DNA of 64,000 nucleotides from Promethearchaeota archaeon (GCA_048940445.1 JBHLON010000007.1:28663-92662), one strand, 5' to 3'; numbered from the stretch's first letter, positions 21,375-31,403 are shown. Numbers and translations: made by a program. Notes: generated by a model not told the origin, from the sequence alone.

Positions 21375-24300
21375 ATGGCTTCAATAACAAAAGAAAATAA
21401 AAAGGTATTTATCAGTGTTATAATTTTTTGCTTATTTATAACTTTAGGTTTATATATCTTCTCAAATTACCAAAATAGTTACTCCAAATACAATCAAAAT
21501 AGAATGTTATTATTGAATCAAGGGGGATTTCTTGGCCAGTGGTTTAGTGAATCACATCAAGAACAATGGATAAATAATCCCGATTTTAATAATAGTATAG
21601 GATGGACTTCTGAATATAGTGGAGATCTGTCGGATGTAGGAACTTATATTAGTGGTGGAAGTGCTAGCTTTCAAGTAATTGGAGCGAGTCACACAACAAC
21701 ATTAATATCGGGCACACCTAATTCGTCAAAATCCCCAAATTGGCATAATATTACTAATCCTGAAATTCCTGTCTATCCGACTCATGGTCATAGAATTGAT
21801 CAATTTGGATGTTTTGCATCTCATTACTGGGCAGAAAACTTAGGGACAACGACTAATGCATATCAAAAGACTAGTGTTCATTGGGAAAAAATCATTACCA
21901 CACCATATAATATGTCTGATTATATTATAAATAATGCTTCTCTCTCAGTATTGGTAAATGCAACTGCAAAAGCTTACACCGGAGGAAATACTGAGGATAA
22001 GTGGAGTTGGGAGGGCGTAGAAGTGTATGGGGACGCGTATGCAAGATTTTATGAGGGTGATTACATACGTTTTTATGTGAGACTTTCAAATCTAAATAAA
22101 GATGTGAGCTTCAAAGTTGCCCAATATCAAACTTCTACTTTAGGGCAAGATGGATCAAGCATTAATGGTAGTTATGACTATTTAAATGATACTTTTTTCG
22201 AAGCTAACAACATGAATGATTTAATTTTTTATCTAAATCAGGTATTGATTAATGGTGACTTTCAAAATTTTATTATCACTTTGGGAATGGAATTTAATTG
22301 TGAAGATAATCAAATTACCGATCTTGACGAATTTACTGCTGCTTACATAAAATCCTGCAACTTTACAATTAGCTATGTAAAGAGAATAAATCAACTAACT
22401 TCCGCATCATGGAAATATCTAGGGGAACAGATTAATAATAAAGGAGGAATCGTGAGAGTAACAGACGCAAAATTATATTATGACTATAAAATCGATAAAT
22501 TATGGTCTAGTAATTTATCTCCAAACTCTGAATTAAAAATTTTAATTAATGATTTAGAACATGATGAAACAATAAAGTTAAGTAGTGCAGGATTAACATT
22601 CAATTCTGCGAAACAAAATGGGTTTGAAATTACGAGGTTGATTCCACCTTATGAGAGAATTAATATTTCAATACAAATGGTTCTTGCGGACGAATTTCAA
22701 CTTAGTGAAAATTATACAATAGGCATAGATAATGTAATTCTGGATATATCCTATGATTTATTCTTTCAAGCTCAACTAAACACATTATTTCAGACTTTAC
22801 TATTACTAGCTTTAATTACCTTGGGTGGGTTAACGTTTTACTATGTATATTATCGTAGAGTTTTACGCTTTCCCAAAGCAGTTAGGAAATTAAGAAGATT
22901 TAGAAAAACATTGAATAAGGAGACCTCTCCTGATGTTAAGGTTATAGATCGTAATAAAGCTTTTAAAAATCAATACAAAAAGGATATAAAACCTACATCG
23001 AATCTCTTAGGAATACAATCTACCCCAAAAAGAGAGGATCGGAATCTTACTAGTAATAAAAAACAACTAATTATAATCATATTCTTAATATTTGGTTTAC
23101 TTTTTAGCCCAATATTATTTGGAACTAGAGTTACTGGCTATAAAAACGAGATCAGGCGGGAAGGGATAACTTTAACTCAAAATACTCCACCAGAACAATA
23201 TCAAAGAGAGACTCGGATAGCTCAATGGATTCAAAATTCTCAATTCAACACAGAAGATAGATGGATTAGTCTACTAGATGGTGATATGTCAGACATAGGT
23301 GCAAATATTAGCGGGGGTCATGCAAATTTTAATGTAATAGGAAATTCTGGCATAACAGAGTTTTCTGAAAATGGATTAAGTAATAATTGGACTAGAATAG
23401 AAAACGAGGATAATATTGTATTACCTGATGTGATAGCGGGTGGGGGATATGGAATGGATGATCGTGGATGGTATGCTTATTATAATTGGCCAGATAATCA
23501 ACCCCAATCGGTAAAAGTCCAGTGGATGAAGAATTTTAGCATGAATGTAAACATGTCGGATTATTATATCACTTCAGCTTCACTAAAGGCTTGGATTAAT
23601 GGAACTGCCCAGGCTACTTCTATGGATAATGGGGGGATAGATCGCCCAGGAGACTCTCTTGTTAATAACCCAAGTAATGAACTTCAAATAGCAACCGGAG
23701 ATTTTGCAAGATTTTTCATTTTAATTTCTGATCCAGAAGCAAGCAGAAAATTCACTGCAATTGAATATCAAACTGATGATTTAGGGAAAGATGGGCCACC
23801 AGCAATCACTCAACTAAATGATACGCTAATAACACCCATCAATGAAGAGACTCTAAAATTCTTTCTTGAAGAAGCATTACATTCTGATCATCAGAATTTT
23901 GCTATTACTTTAGGGATATACATTTGGTGCGAAGATTCAGGACATCCTGGAGATCAAGACAATTGGCAGAGTTTAGTAATTAAAAATTGGAGTTTATCTG
24001 TCTCATATGAAAAAAAAATTAATCAATTCTCAACAATCACTTGGAAATATTTAGGAGATCAAATTGAGGCAGGAGGTTATGAAATAGAGATTACTCAAGC
24101 CATACTTAATTTTGATTATCGAATTAACCGATTATGGCCAACCTCCGCCTCACCAAACTCAGAGATGAGAGTTTTAGTTGACAATGTTGATTATACTGAA
24201 ACATTAAAATTAGGTAGAGCGGAAACTAGTTTTACAAGAGTAAGTGAAACTGGATTTGATGTGACTGAATTAATTCCAAATGATAAAGAGATTAATGTGT

Positions 24301-24737
24301 CAATTCAAACATATTTAGCTGATGAATTTAGATTATCAGAAGATATTACTATTTCAATTGATAATGTGATACTCCAAATAACCTATGATGTGTTCGTCCC
24401 CGTTGAAGAATCGTATTTATTTCCACTATTATTTGCCATTGCCGCATTAGTGGCATCGGGAGTAACCATCTACATTATTTATTATCAGAAAGTACTTAAA
24501 TATCCCATCCCGGTAAGGAAAGTACGAAAATTCCGTAAAACCTTAATGAAAGAGGAAACACCAAACAAACCTATTAAAGCACGTGAACGAGCATTTGAAG
24601 ATGTATATCAAGAAGAATTAAAGAAATCATCGAAGTTTATAAGGGGAACGCCAGTCAATGGGAAATTACTAAGAGATAAAATGTTAAGTAGAATTAACAA
24701 TAGAACACTAAGCCCATCAGATGAAAAAGCCGATTGA
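21375..24737 (+). CDS. Tandem fusion of two family A surface glycoprotein units
   Basis: Two complete units (WINNPDF..., WIQNSQF...), each followed by TM plus basic tail, with an internal signal-like TM near 23065-23120. SD AGGAGG upstream. Confidence 0.75.
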   Translation: MASITKENKKVFISVIIFCLFITLGLYIFSNYQNSYSKYNQNRMLLLNQGGFLGQWFSESHQEQWINNPDFNNSIGWTSEYSGDLSDVGTYISGGSASFQVIGASHTTTLISGTPNSSKSPNWHNITNPEIPVYPTHGHRIDQFGCFASHYWAENLGTTTNAYQKTSVHWEKIITTPYNMSDYIINNASLSVLVNATAKAYTGGNTEDKWSWEGVEVYGDAYARFYEGDYIRFYVRLSNLNKDVSFKVAQYQTSTLGQDGSSINGSYDYLNDTFFEANNMNDLIFYLNQVLINGDFQNFIITLGMEFNCEDNQITDLDEFTAAYIKSCNFTISYVKRINQLTSASWKYLGEQINNKGGIVRVTDAKLYYDYKIDKLWSSNLSPNSELKILINDLEHDETIKLSSAGLTFNSAKQNGFEITRLIPPYERINISIQMVLADEFQLSENYTIGIDNVILDISYDLFFQAQLNTLFQTLLLLALITLGGLTFYYVYYRRVLRFPKAVRKLRRFRKTLNKETSPDVKVIDRNKAFKNQYKKDIKPTSNLLGIQSTPKREDRNLTSNKKQLIIIIFLIFGLLFSPILFGTRVTGYKNEIRREGITLTQNTPPEQYQRETRIAQWIQNSQFNTEDRWISLLDGDMSDIGANISGGHANFNVIGNSGITEFSENGLSNNWTRIENEDNIVLPDVIAGGGYGMDDRGWYAYYNWPDNQPQSVKVQWMKNFSMNVNMSDYYITSASLKAWINGTAQATSMDNGGIDRPGDSLVNNPSNELQIATGDFARFFILISDPEASRKFTAIEYQTDDLGKDGPPAITQLNDTLITPINEETLKFFLEEALHSDHQNFAITLGIYIWCEDSGHPGDQDNWQSLVIKNWSLSVSYEKKINQFSTITWKYLGDQIEAGGYEIEITQAILNFDYRINRLWPTSASPNSEMRVLVDNVDYTETLKLGRAETSFTRVSETGFDVTELIPNDKEINVSIQTYLADEFRLSEDITISIDNVILQITYDVFVPVEESYLFPLLFAIAALVASGVTIYIIYYQKVLKYPIPVRKVRKFRKTLMKEETPNKPIKARERAFEDVYQEELKKSSKFIRGTPVNGKLLRDKMLSRINNRTLSPSDEKAD

Positions 24738-24854
24738 TAAAAAGAATAAAATGATTTAAAATACATATTTATTTATCTATCTTTAAAGAAAAAATAAAAT
24801 TAATTATTTAATTTATCTATTTAATCTTAAAATAGGGTCAGAGGGCTCTCAAAA

Positions 24855-25901
24855 TTGATTAATGAAATAAAAGTATTTAAATTAAAGTATTCAGGAGATT
24901 TAGAAGAAATTTCAACAGAGAATTTATTATCAAATTTTACGTTGTTTGACATTTTAACTTTTTATGATATAAATCAAAAGCGATTATATATCTGGGTTAG
25001 TAAAAAAGTTTCCCATACTTTAAAAAGCCATATTCCTTCTATTCGTGAGATATTTCTAAGGAATTATCCCCAATTCAAAGTCATACGCAATATAATAATA
25101 GAACAGGATTTAGAACCAGCAAATTTTTTTGATATTATAGGAATTTCAGAAAAAAGATATAGAGATCACTTTAAACAATTAGAATTTAAACTATTGCCTG
25201 TATTATCTGAAATATATCGATTAAAAGAGAGCATAGATAAATATTTTGAGTCAGAGAATTATAAAGAAGCGGCGAATATAGCTCAGAAAGTTTTAAAGTT
25301 AGCTCAAGAAATCGACGATTATTCACTCGAAAGGGATATGCTTAATTTTATTGAGGAAATGAAATTGAGGGCCAAAGCTAAGCAGAATGTAAGAGAAATT
25401 GAAACTGAAGCAGAAATAAAGTTAAAAGTTTTTGAAAATCTAATTAGAGCTGAAAATTACAAAGAAGCCCATAAGATAGCGCAAGATTTTAAAGATAAAT
25501 ATCAAAATAACTTTAATTTGCATTCAATTCAATATGCTCAAGACTTACTACTAAAAGATGAAAATATTGTATATAATTTGAGAGAAGAACAGCGGGTATT
25601 AGAAAAGAATTTTGAAGTGATAGGAAAAAAAATTGAAAAATTGATTGAAGCCAAAAAGATACTTCATACTGGAAAAATGATAAAAGAAGCTGAAATTTTA
25701 GTAGATAAAATAATTGATAGGACAACTTTAAACAAATTTGACTCAATAAAAAGAAGGTATCAAGCGATCAAGATAAACCAAAAAAATGCTCTCGAGGAAT
25801 TAAGTAAAAGCGCTCTTAGTCTTATTGATAAGCGTAAATTTTTAGATGCGATAGAAATATTCGACCAGATTATCGATCTTTTAGAGAATTCTATTCAATA
25901 A
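24855..25901 (+). CDS. Gelsolin-like domain plus alpha-helical (TPR/coiled-coil-like) protein
   Basis: RLYIWVSKK and IEQDLEPANFF match the gelsolin-repeat pattern (yvWxG.., .qG.Ep.eF); helical C-terminus. Confidence 0.6.
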   Translation: MINEIKVFKLKYSGDLEEISTENLLSNFTLFDILTFYDINQKRLYIWVSKKVSHTLKSHIPSIREIFLRNYPQFKVIRNIIIEQDLEPANFFDIIGISEKRYRDHFKQLEFKLLPVLSEIYRLKESIDKYFESENYKEAANIAQKVLKLAQEIDDYSLERDMLNFIEEMKLRAKAKQNVREIETEAEIKLKVFENLIRAENYKEAHKIAQDFKDKYQNNFNLHSIQYAQDLLLKDENIVYNLREEQRVLEKNFEVIGKKIEKLIEAKKILHTGKMIKEAEILVDKIIDRTTLNKFDSIKRRYQAIKINQKNALEELSKSALSLIDKRKFLDAIEIFDQIIDLLENSIQ

Positions 25902-25907
25902 ATAGTT

Positions 25908-27068
25908 ATGAGGGTATCACTAATGGATTCCAAAGAAGAAAAATTAGATGAAAGGAAAAAAATTGTTATAATTTCAGAGATTGATGAATTAAAGGTAATT
26001 GCACACAATCATTACTTAATGGGAAAATATGATGATGCAATTAAAACAGCAAAAGATATAATAGAACTTGCAAGACAGGCAGAACTAAATTCTATAGTAA
26101 AGGAACAGCAAAAATTCATATCTAAAGTATATCAACTCAGCGAAAAAGGAGATCAAAAGTCCATTCTCATTGATGATTTTAAGGATTTAAAAAAAAATTT
26201 CGAAAACTTATTAAATAGTAATAAAATTTATGAAGCACATGAATTAGTAAGAAATTTTAATGAAAAACATAATAAAGTTATCAATTTAAGCCTAAATACC
26301 GAAATCCAAGATCTTATTAATAGAGAAAAAAAAATTTGGGAACTTTATTCTACCAAACAAAAAGATATAAGAAGAAAATTAGAGCCACTCGAAATTCAAT
26401 TAAATAGTTATCTTAGTACGAATAATGTCATCCTAGCTAATGATGTAATGAAAAAAGCTAAAGGGCTCTTGAAAGAAGTTACAGATGAATCTATAAAAGA
26501 AAAGTGGGATACACTAGAGGTTATTTTTATTGAACTCAAAAAGAAATATGACTTTCTTGAAAAGATTGAAAGTTTGATGCGAGAGGTTACAAAACTCACA
26601 GATAAATATGAATTTGACCAAGCTAATAATTTATTAAGATTAATCAATCAAATTGTTGAAGAAAAAAGCTTAGGAAACTTTAAGAAAGAAATAAATTTAA
26701 AAAAGAGGTCTATTCTTGATGCAAAACAGAAATATAATAAATTAATGCAGGATATTGAACATCTCGAAATTCTAGTTGAAGAAAGTATAAAGAAATTTTT
26801 ATTTAATGATGCTATAGATAATTGTAATCAAATAATAAAAATAGCGAGATTTATCGGAAAAAAAAATTATGTTGATAAATATTCTGAATACATCAATGAT
26901 ATCAAGAAAAAAATCAGAGATTTTAATGAGTTTGAAAAACTTCGGATTCTTATAATCAAACTTAATTCAGAAGCTATAAATGCCTTAAACAAGGAACATT
27001 TTGAGTTAGCTTTAAAAAGATTTAAAGAAATTAAAGAAAAATTAACATTTTTTATTAATGAACAATAA
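25908..27068 (+). CDS. Alpha-helical repeat/coiled-coil protein related to the C-terminus of 24855-25901
   Basis: GKYDDAIKTAKDIIELA vs ENYKEAANIAQKVLKLA; IYEAHELVRNF vs YKEAHKIAQDF. Confidence 0.55.
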   Translation: MRVSLMDSKEEKLDERKKIVIISEIDELKVIAHNHYLMGKYDDAIKTAKDIIELARQAELNSIVKEQQKFISKVYQLSEKGDQKSILIDDFKDLKKNFENLLNSNKIYEAHELVRNFNEKHNKVINLSLNTEIQDLINREKKIWELYSTKQKDIRRKLEPLEIQLNSYLSTNNVILANDVMKKAKGLLKEVTDESIKEKWDTLEVIFIELKKKYDFLEKIESLMREVTKLTDKYEFDQANNLLRLINQIVEEKSLGNFKKEINLKKRSILDAKQKYNKLMQDIEHLEILVEESIKKFLFNDAIDNCNQIIKIARFIGKKNYVDKYSEYINDIKKKIRDFNEFEKLRILIIKLNSEAINALNKEHFELALKRFKEIKEKLTFFINEQ

Positions 27069-27178
27069 TTAATCCTTTATTCTTGGATTAATAACTAATT
27101 TAAATTTACACTTGAATCTATACTTTATTTAGAAAATTTTTAAATAGTTGAGAATTGAATAAATAATTCTGAGAAGAA

Positions 27179-27604
27179 TTGATCCAAGAAATAATTATTT
27201 TATCTAATACAGGTATTCCATTATTTAATTATACTATAGATGATAACCTCAATAAGAAATACGATTATCGGTTAATTGCGAGTTATTTTGACCAAATTTG
27301 CCGCTTTACTCGCTATAAATTTAACCAGAGTCTAGTAACCTTAAAAATAGGTAAAAATGAATTCTATTTTTATACTTCTCCCGATAAGGTTTGTCATTTA
27401 GTTATTAAAACTGATAATAAAAAGATGAATAAAAAAACTGTAGATCTATTTGCCAAGGAAATATTGGATAAATTCAGTTCTAAATTTAAAATGAAATTAA
27501 TTGAATTTAATGGCAATATCAATGTATTTAAATCATTTACTAAGGATATTGAACGGTTAATCAAAACTAAAAATCTTAAATCAATTACATCAAGACTTTT
27601 TTAG
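27179..27604 (+). CDS. Stand-alone longin-like domain protein
   Basis: IIILSNTGIPLFNY...LIASYFDQI...FSSKF...FNGNINVFKSF pattern typical of longin/sedlin-like folds. Confidence 0.6.
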   Translation: MIQEIIILSNTGIPLFNYTIDDNLNKKYDYRLIASYFDQICRFTRYKFNQSLVTLKIGKNEFYFYTSPDKVCHLVIKTDNKKMNKKTVDLFAKEILDKFSSKFKMKLIEFNGNINVFKSFTKDIERLIKTKNLKSITSRLF

Positions 27605-28144
27605 ACAAGCCAATATAATAGCATCATAAAATTTGCTATTTAAATTTAAATATTCTTTTAATTGACCTTCTTCTATAAATCCAGAGCTTTTAAAAGTAGA
27701 AATTGAACGAACGTTTTCTAAAGCGATATGAGCCTGAATTCTATTTAGTTTGAGGTGGAAAAAAGCAATAATTTTTATCAAATTTAGAGTTTTTTTTCCA
27801 AAACCTTTTTCCCAATAATTAGGAATTAGCCATACCCCTACTTCGGCTCTTTTATGTTGCCAACTTATGTTCCATAAGCTCACAGATCCAATTTTAAGAG
27901 GTTCATTTATTTCTCGGAGTTCGATTATATAATTAAATTGAATATAACTATCCCAATATTTTAAATAGTTTTTAACGATACGTTTTGCATGATCAAGAGA
28001 GTATAAAGGGCCTAACGAGAGATAATCCGTTATTTCCTTAATTTTTAAGCTTTTAAAAAAAAAAGAAATATCATCTTTGGAAATTTTTCTTAAATAGAGA
28101 TTATTATCATTAATCTCTTCGATTAAGTCGATATTTGGCAACAT
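27590..28144 (-). CDS. GNAT N-acetyltransferase, RimJ/RimL family
   Basis: RAEVGVWLIPNYWEKGFG, ENVRSI..F..SGF.EEG. Confidence 0.85.
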   Translation of the reverse strand: MLPNIDLIEEINDNNLYLRKISKDDISFFFKSLKIKEITDYLSLGPLYSLDHAKRIVKNYLKYWDSYIQFNYIIELREINEPLKIGSVSLWNISWQHKRAEVGVWLIPNYWEKGFGKKTLNLIKIIAFFHLKLNRIQAHIALENVRSISTFKSSGFIEEGQLKEYLNLNSKFYDAIILACLKKS

Positions 28145-28198
28145 TTTTTATCCAAAAATTTAATTTTTGAAGAAAAAAATAGAAAAAAGATATAACAA

Positions 28199-29152
28199 TT
28201 ACATCCCTTTGAAATGGGGAGTATCTTTTATTCGTTTCGCTCCACCACAATTTTGACAGGTACTTCCATCTTCCATTTTACCTTTACCATTGCAGACAGG
28301 ACATCTAACTTTCCGGTTAAATGCAGCAACACCTTCTTTAGAATCAAAGCTTGCACTATTAACTCCAAAACCAAGTTGTTCCATCATAATACCTAATTGT
28401 GGGTATCTGGTTCCAAATTTTACGCATTTCTTTATAATAAATAGAGCAGTCGTTGGGGCATCCCCAAGCCATTTTGCTTTTTCATGAACTAAGTTTTCAA
28501 ATTCATCTCCAGCTGGAACCATCCATGTTACCAACCCCCAATCAAGCATTGTTTTTGCATCAAATTGTTCTCCAAAATAACCCACACGTAAGGCTCTATT
28601 GAGTCCGATTCTTTCAGCTAATCTCGTGACTCCCCCATTTGCTGAAAAGATTCCACGATGAATCTCTGGGGTTCCAAATATAGCTCTATCGCTCGCGATG
28701 ACAATATCACAAGTTAATACTAATTCAAAACCTCCACCCAGAGCAAATCCATCGACAGCAGCGATTAATGGCTTGGAGAATTGTGCTAATTCATCATATT
28801 CTCTATGTCGTATTCTCATTGCCATACTCATATGCATTGGAACATTCATTTTTAATCTTGGATCAACCATTGCTGCAAGATCTGCACCTGCAGAAAATGC
28901 AGGTTTTTTTGTATAGTTTTTCGTCCCTCTTAAAACTACAGCTCTAATTGAATGGTCAAGTTCCATAATTCTAAGAGCCTTTGAAATTTCTGCAACAGTC
29001 TGCTCTGTTAAGGCATTTAATCTATCTGGTCTATTAATTGAAATAACACCATAATTTCCATCAATAGTTCCTTCACGAATCACATTTCCATTGTCATCCT
29101 TTAAGGTGGGCCACTCTATTTTAATATGCTCAAATTTTGTTTCTTCAGCCAC
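28199..29152 (-). CDS. Enoyl-CoA hydratase/isomerase with C-terminal CxxCxGxG zinc-finger insertion
   Basis: NRPDRLNAL, FSAGADL, KPLIAAVDGFALGGGFEL, GTPEIHRG; CPVCNGKG...CQNCGG near the C-terminus. Confidence 0.9.
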   Translation of the reverse strand: MAEETKFEHIKIEWPTLKDDNGNVIREGTIDGNYGVISINRPDRLNALTEQTVAEISKALRIMELDHSIRAVVLRGTKNYTKKPAFSAGADLAAMVDPRLKMNVPMHMSMAMRIRHREYDELAQFSKPLIAAVDGFALGGGFELVLTCDIVIASDRAIFGTPEIHRGIFSANGGVTRLAERIGLNRALRVGYFGEQFDAKTMLDWGLVTWMVPAGDEFENLVHEKAKWLGDAPTTALFIIKKCVKFGTRYPQLGIMMEQLGFGVNSASFDSKEGVAAFNRKVRCPVCNGKGKMEDGSTCQNCGGAKRIKDTPHFKGM

Positions 29153-29312
29153 TCTTCTTACCTTCTTATCCTATATTTTTTGAATTTAATTTAATTTTGA
29201 ACTATTTTAAGCAATTACTTAAATAATTTTTAAAATTAAAATTTTAAGAATTTATTAATTAAATTTAATCCAATCTTTTTGATATACAGAATAAAAAAAA
29301 TAGAAATTTAGG

Positions 29313-30506
29313 TTATTTTCTCATTTTAGAGAATTCTCCTGATTTCATTAGATCAATTGGACGAAAATAATCTTTCCCAGTCTTATCAGCTAAATCGTTT
29401 AAAACTTTTGACCATTCTTCATAGTTCTTTTTACCTGCTCCAAAAGGTCCTGGAGCATTCATTCCTGCCATATTTGCATCATCAATCACTTTAAATCCAC
29501 TAGCAATACCTTCATCTAAGATTCGGCAACCTTCATTTAGCATTATAGCAAAGACCGTATTTAAGTTAAAAAGTCCTGCTGGTTCAGCGGTTTTTATTTT
29601 GGTCATGATTGCATCTCGTCCTTGGCTCCAATCATAAAAACCTTTTCCAGTTTTCTGGCCTAAATTTCCCTTATTAACCATTTCATTTATAACTTCGCCT
29701 GGCTCAAAATCTGGAGAGAGTGTTTCTTTATAATAATTCATTACATGGAAAGTTGTATCGAGACCAACAAAATCAGTCAAAACACAAGGCGGCATTGGCA
29801 TCTTACCACCAGCATCAGCATCTAATCGCTCCCAAGGGATATTAATCTTTTTTGCTTCTTCAAATGCCCAATTTAGATAAATTTGAACTGGTGCATTCAT
29901 TCGGTTAACAATAAAACCGGGTCTATCTTTTAATACTGGAGCAATATATCTTTGACCTCTTAAGCATGGTAATTTACCAGCTACCTCCATAGCTGTATTA
30001 AAGGTTTCATCTGATGTGTTTTTACCTCGTATAACTTCCACGCATCTCATAAGGGGTACGGGATTGAAGAAATGCATTCCACAAACACGATCAGGAGCAC
30101 CACTATCTTTTCCTATCTCTGTTATACTCATTGTTGAAGTATTTGACGCAAAAATAGCGTGAGAAGGGCCATTTTCCATAACAGTTTTAGCGACTTTCTT
30201 CTTAATATCCATTTTTTCAACTACTGCTTCAATTACAAAATCAATATTTTTTACTGCAGATACAAGGTCAATTGACTTTTTACATCGAGTTAAAACATCA
30301 TTTGCGGATACACCTTCACCCAAAGCCCCTTTTAATTCAAGTTTCTTTAGACCCTCTTCAATCTGAGAAAATCCTTTATTTACTAATTCATCATTAATAT
30401 CTACCATAGTAACATTATATCCCGCCATTAAAGCAACTTGTCCAATACCACTCCCCATCAATCCGGCTCCTAACACTAAGATATTTTTAACCATTTTTAA
30501 TTTCAA
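29313..30506 (-). CDS. 3-hydroxyacyl-CoA dehydrogenase
   Basis: GAGLMGSGI, EAVVE, FASNTST, GMHFFNP, PGFIVNR, GQKTGKGFY. Confidence 0.9.
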   Translation of the reverse strand: MKLKMVKNILVLGAGLMGSGIGQVALMAGYNVTMVDINDELVNKGFSQIEEGLKKLELKGALGEGVSANDVLTRCKKSIDLVSAVKNIDFVIEAVVEKMDIKKKVAKTVMENGPSHAIFASNTSTMSITEIGKDSGAPDRVCGMHFFNPVPLMRCVEVIRGKNTSDETFNTAMEVAGKLPCLRGQRYIAPVLKDRPGFIVNRMNAPVQIYLNWAFEEAKKINIPWERLDADAGGKMPMPPCVLTDFVGLDTTFHVMNYYKETLSPDFEPGEVINEMVNKGNLGQKTGKGFYDWSQGRDAIMTKIKTAEPAGLFNLNTVFAIMLNEGCRILDEGIASGFKVIDDANMAGMNAPGPFGAGKKNYEEWSKVLNDLADKTGKDYFRPIDLMKSGEFSKMRK

Positions 30507-30791
30507 CCTTTCTTAATATATTTTTAGATAAAGATTTTAACAAATAATTAAATCTTATTTTTTTTATAACTTTTAACATTTTGTTTATCTTAAAAGTCAA
30601 CCTGATGATCTATTTCTTAAATTACTATATTAATTTTATAAAAGAGTATAAACTTGTTATATATCCTAATATTAATTCAAGAACTATAAATAATAAATAT
30701 AGAAAATTTTGGTTTAATTTTTTTTCTTTAAAATTAAAAACTTGTGCTACTATTTGTATTATAATATTAAAAAACAGATAAGCAAAAGTAT

Positions 30792-31403
30792 ATGCCTTTT
30801 TACAATGTTGCAGAGAATGGTTCTTTACGAAAAGTTACAAAATTGCATTTTAGTGATAACAATAGAGTATATCTGATCGACACAGACAACATAATTTATC
30901 TCTGGTATGGTGAAAAAGCATCGAAAAAGAAGAAGAATTTGGGATTAAATAGAGCTAAACAACTTAAAGAAAAAAAGGAGATCTCTGCAAAAGTTCAAAT
31001 AATTCAACAAAATCAAGAATTCGGAGGATTCTTAGCAATAATGGAAGCTTATAAAGCTAATGGAGCTATCGATGGTAATATTAAACTGCGCCCTGAATTA
31101 GAATTAGAAGTGGAGGATACAAAAGAACTTATTGAAGCGGGTTTAGAACCAGATCTTATTGCAGAGATAAATATAGCAGCATATGAACTTACTCAAAAAA
31201 ATAAAGAGTATAAAGAATTATGTACAGAACTTGCTAAATTACAATTGTCTATTATCAAAGGAAAAGGAAAAAAAATCACTGAAAATGAGATTAAAAGGAA
31301 ATCAGAAGTAATTTTAAAATCATCAGCAACTTACGAAGAAGTTTGTTGGTTAATTTCTGAGCTGAGTATCTTATCTAACAAGAAAATTTTTAAGAAACAT
31401 TAA
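30792..31403 (+). CDS. Single gelsolin domain plus Asgard 'domain X' protein (1DGelX-like)
   Basis: VYLIDTDNIIYLWYGEKAS...IIQQNQE is a clear gelsolin repeat; C-terminal repeated AYEL...YKELCTELAKLQL / YEEVCWLISEL helices. Confidence 0.75.
   Translation: MPFYNVAENGSLRKVTKLHFSDNNRVYLIDTDNIIYLWYGEKASKKKKNLGLNRAKQLKEKKEISAKVQIIQQNQEFGGFLAIMEAYKANGAIDGNIKLRPELELEVEDTKELIEAGLEPDLIAEINIAAYELTQKNKEYKELCTELAKLQLSIIKGKGKKITENEIKRKSEVILKSSATYEEVCWLISELSILSNKKIFKKH

Noticed and set aside
30581-30781. 66-aa ORF in the track
   Set aside because: Low-complexity AT-rich intergenic sequence between divergent genes, TTG start, no motif.
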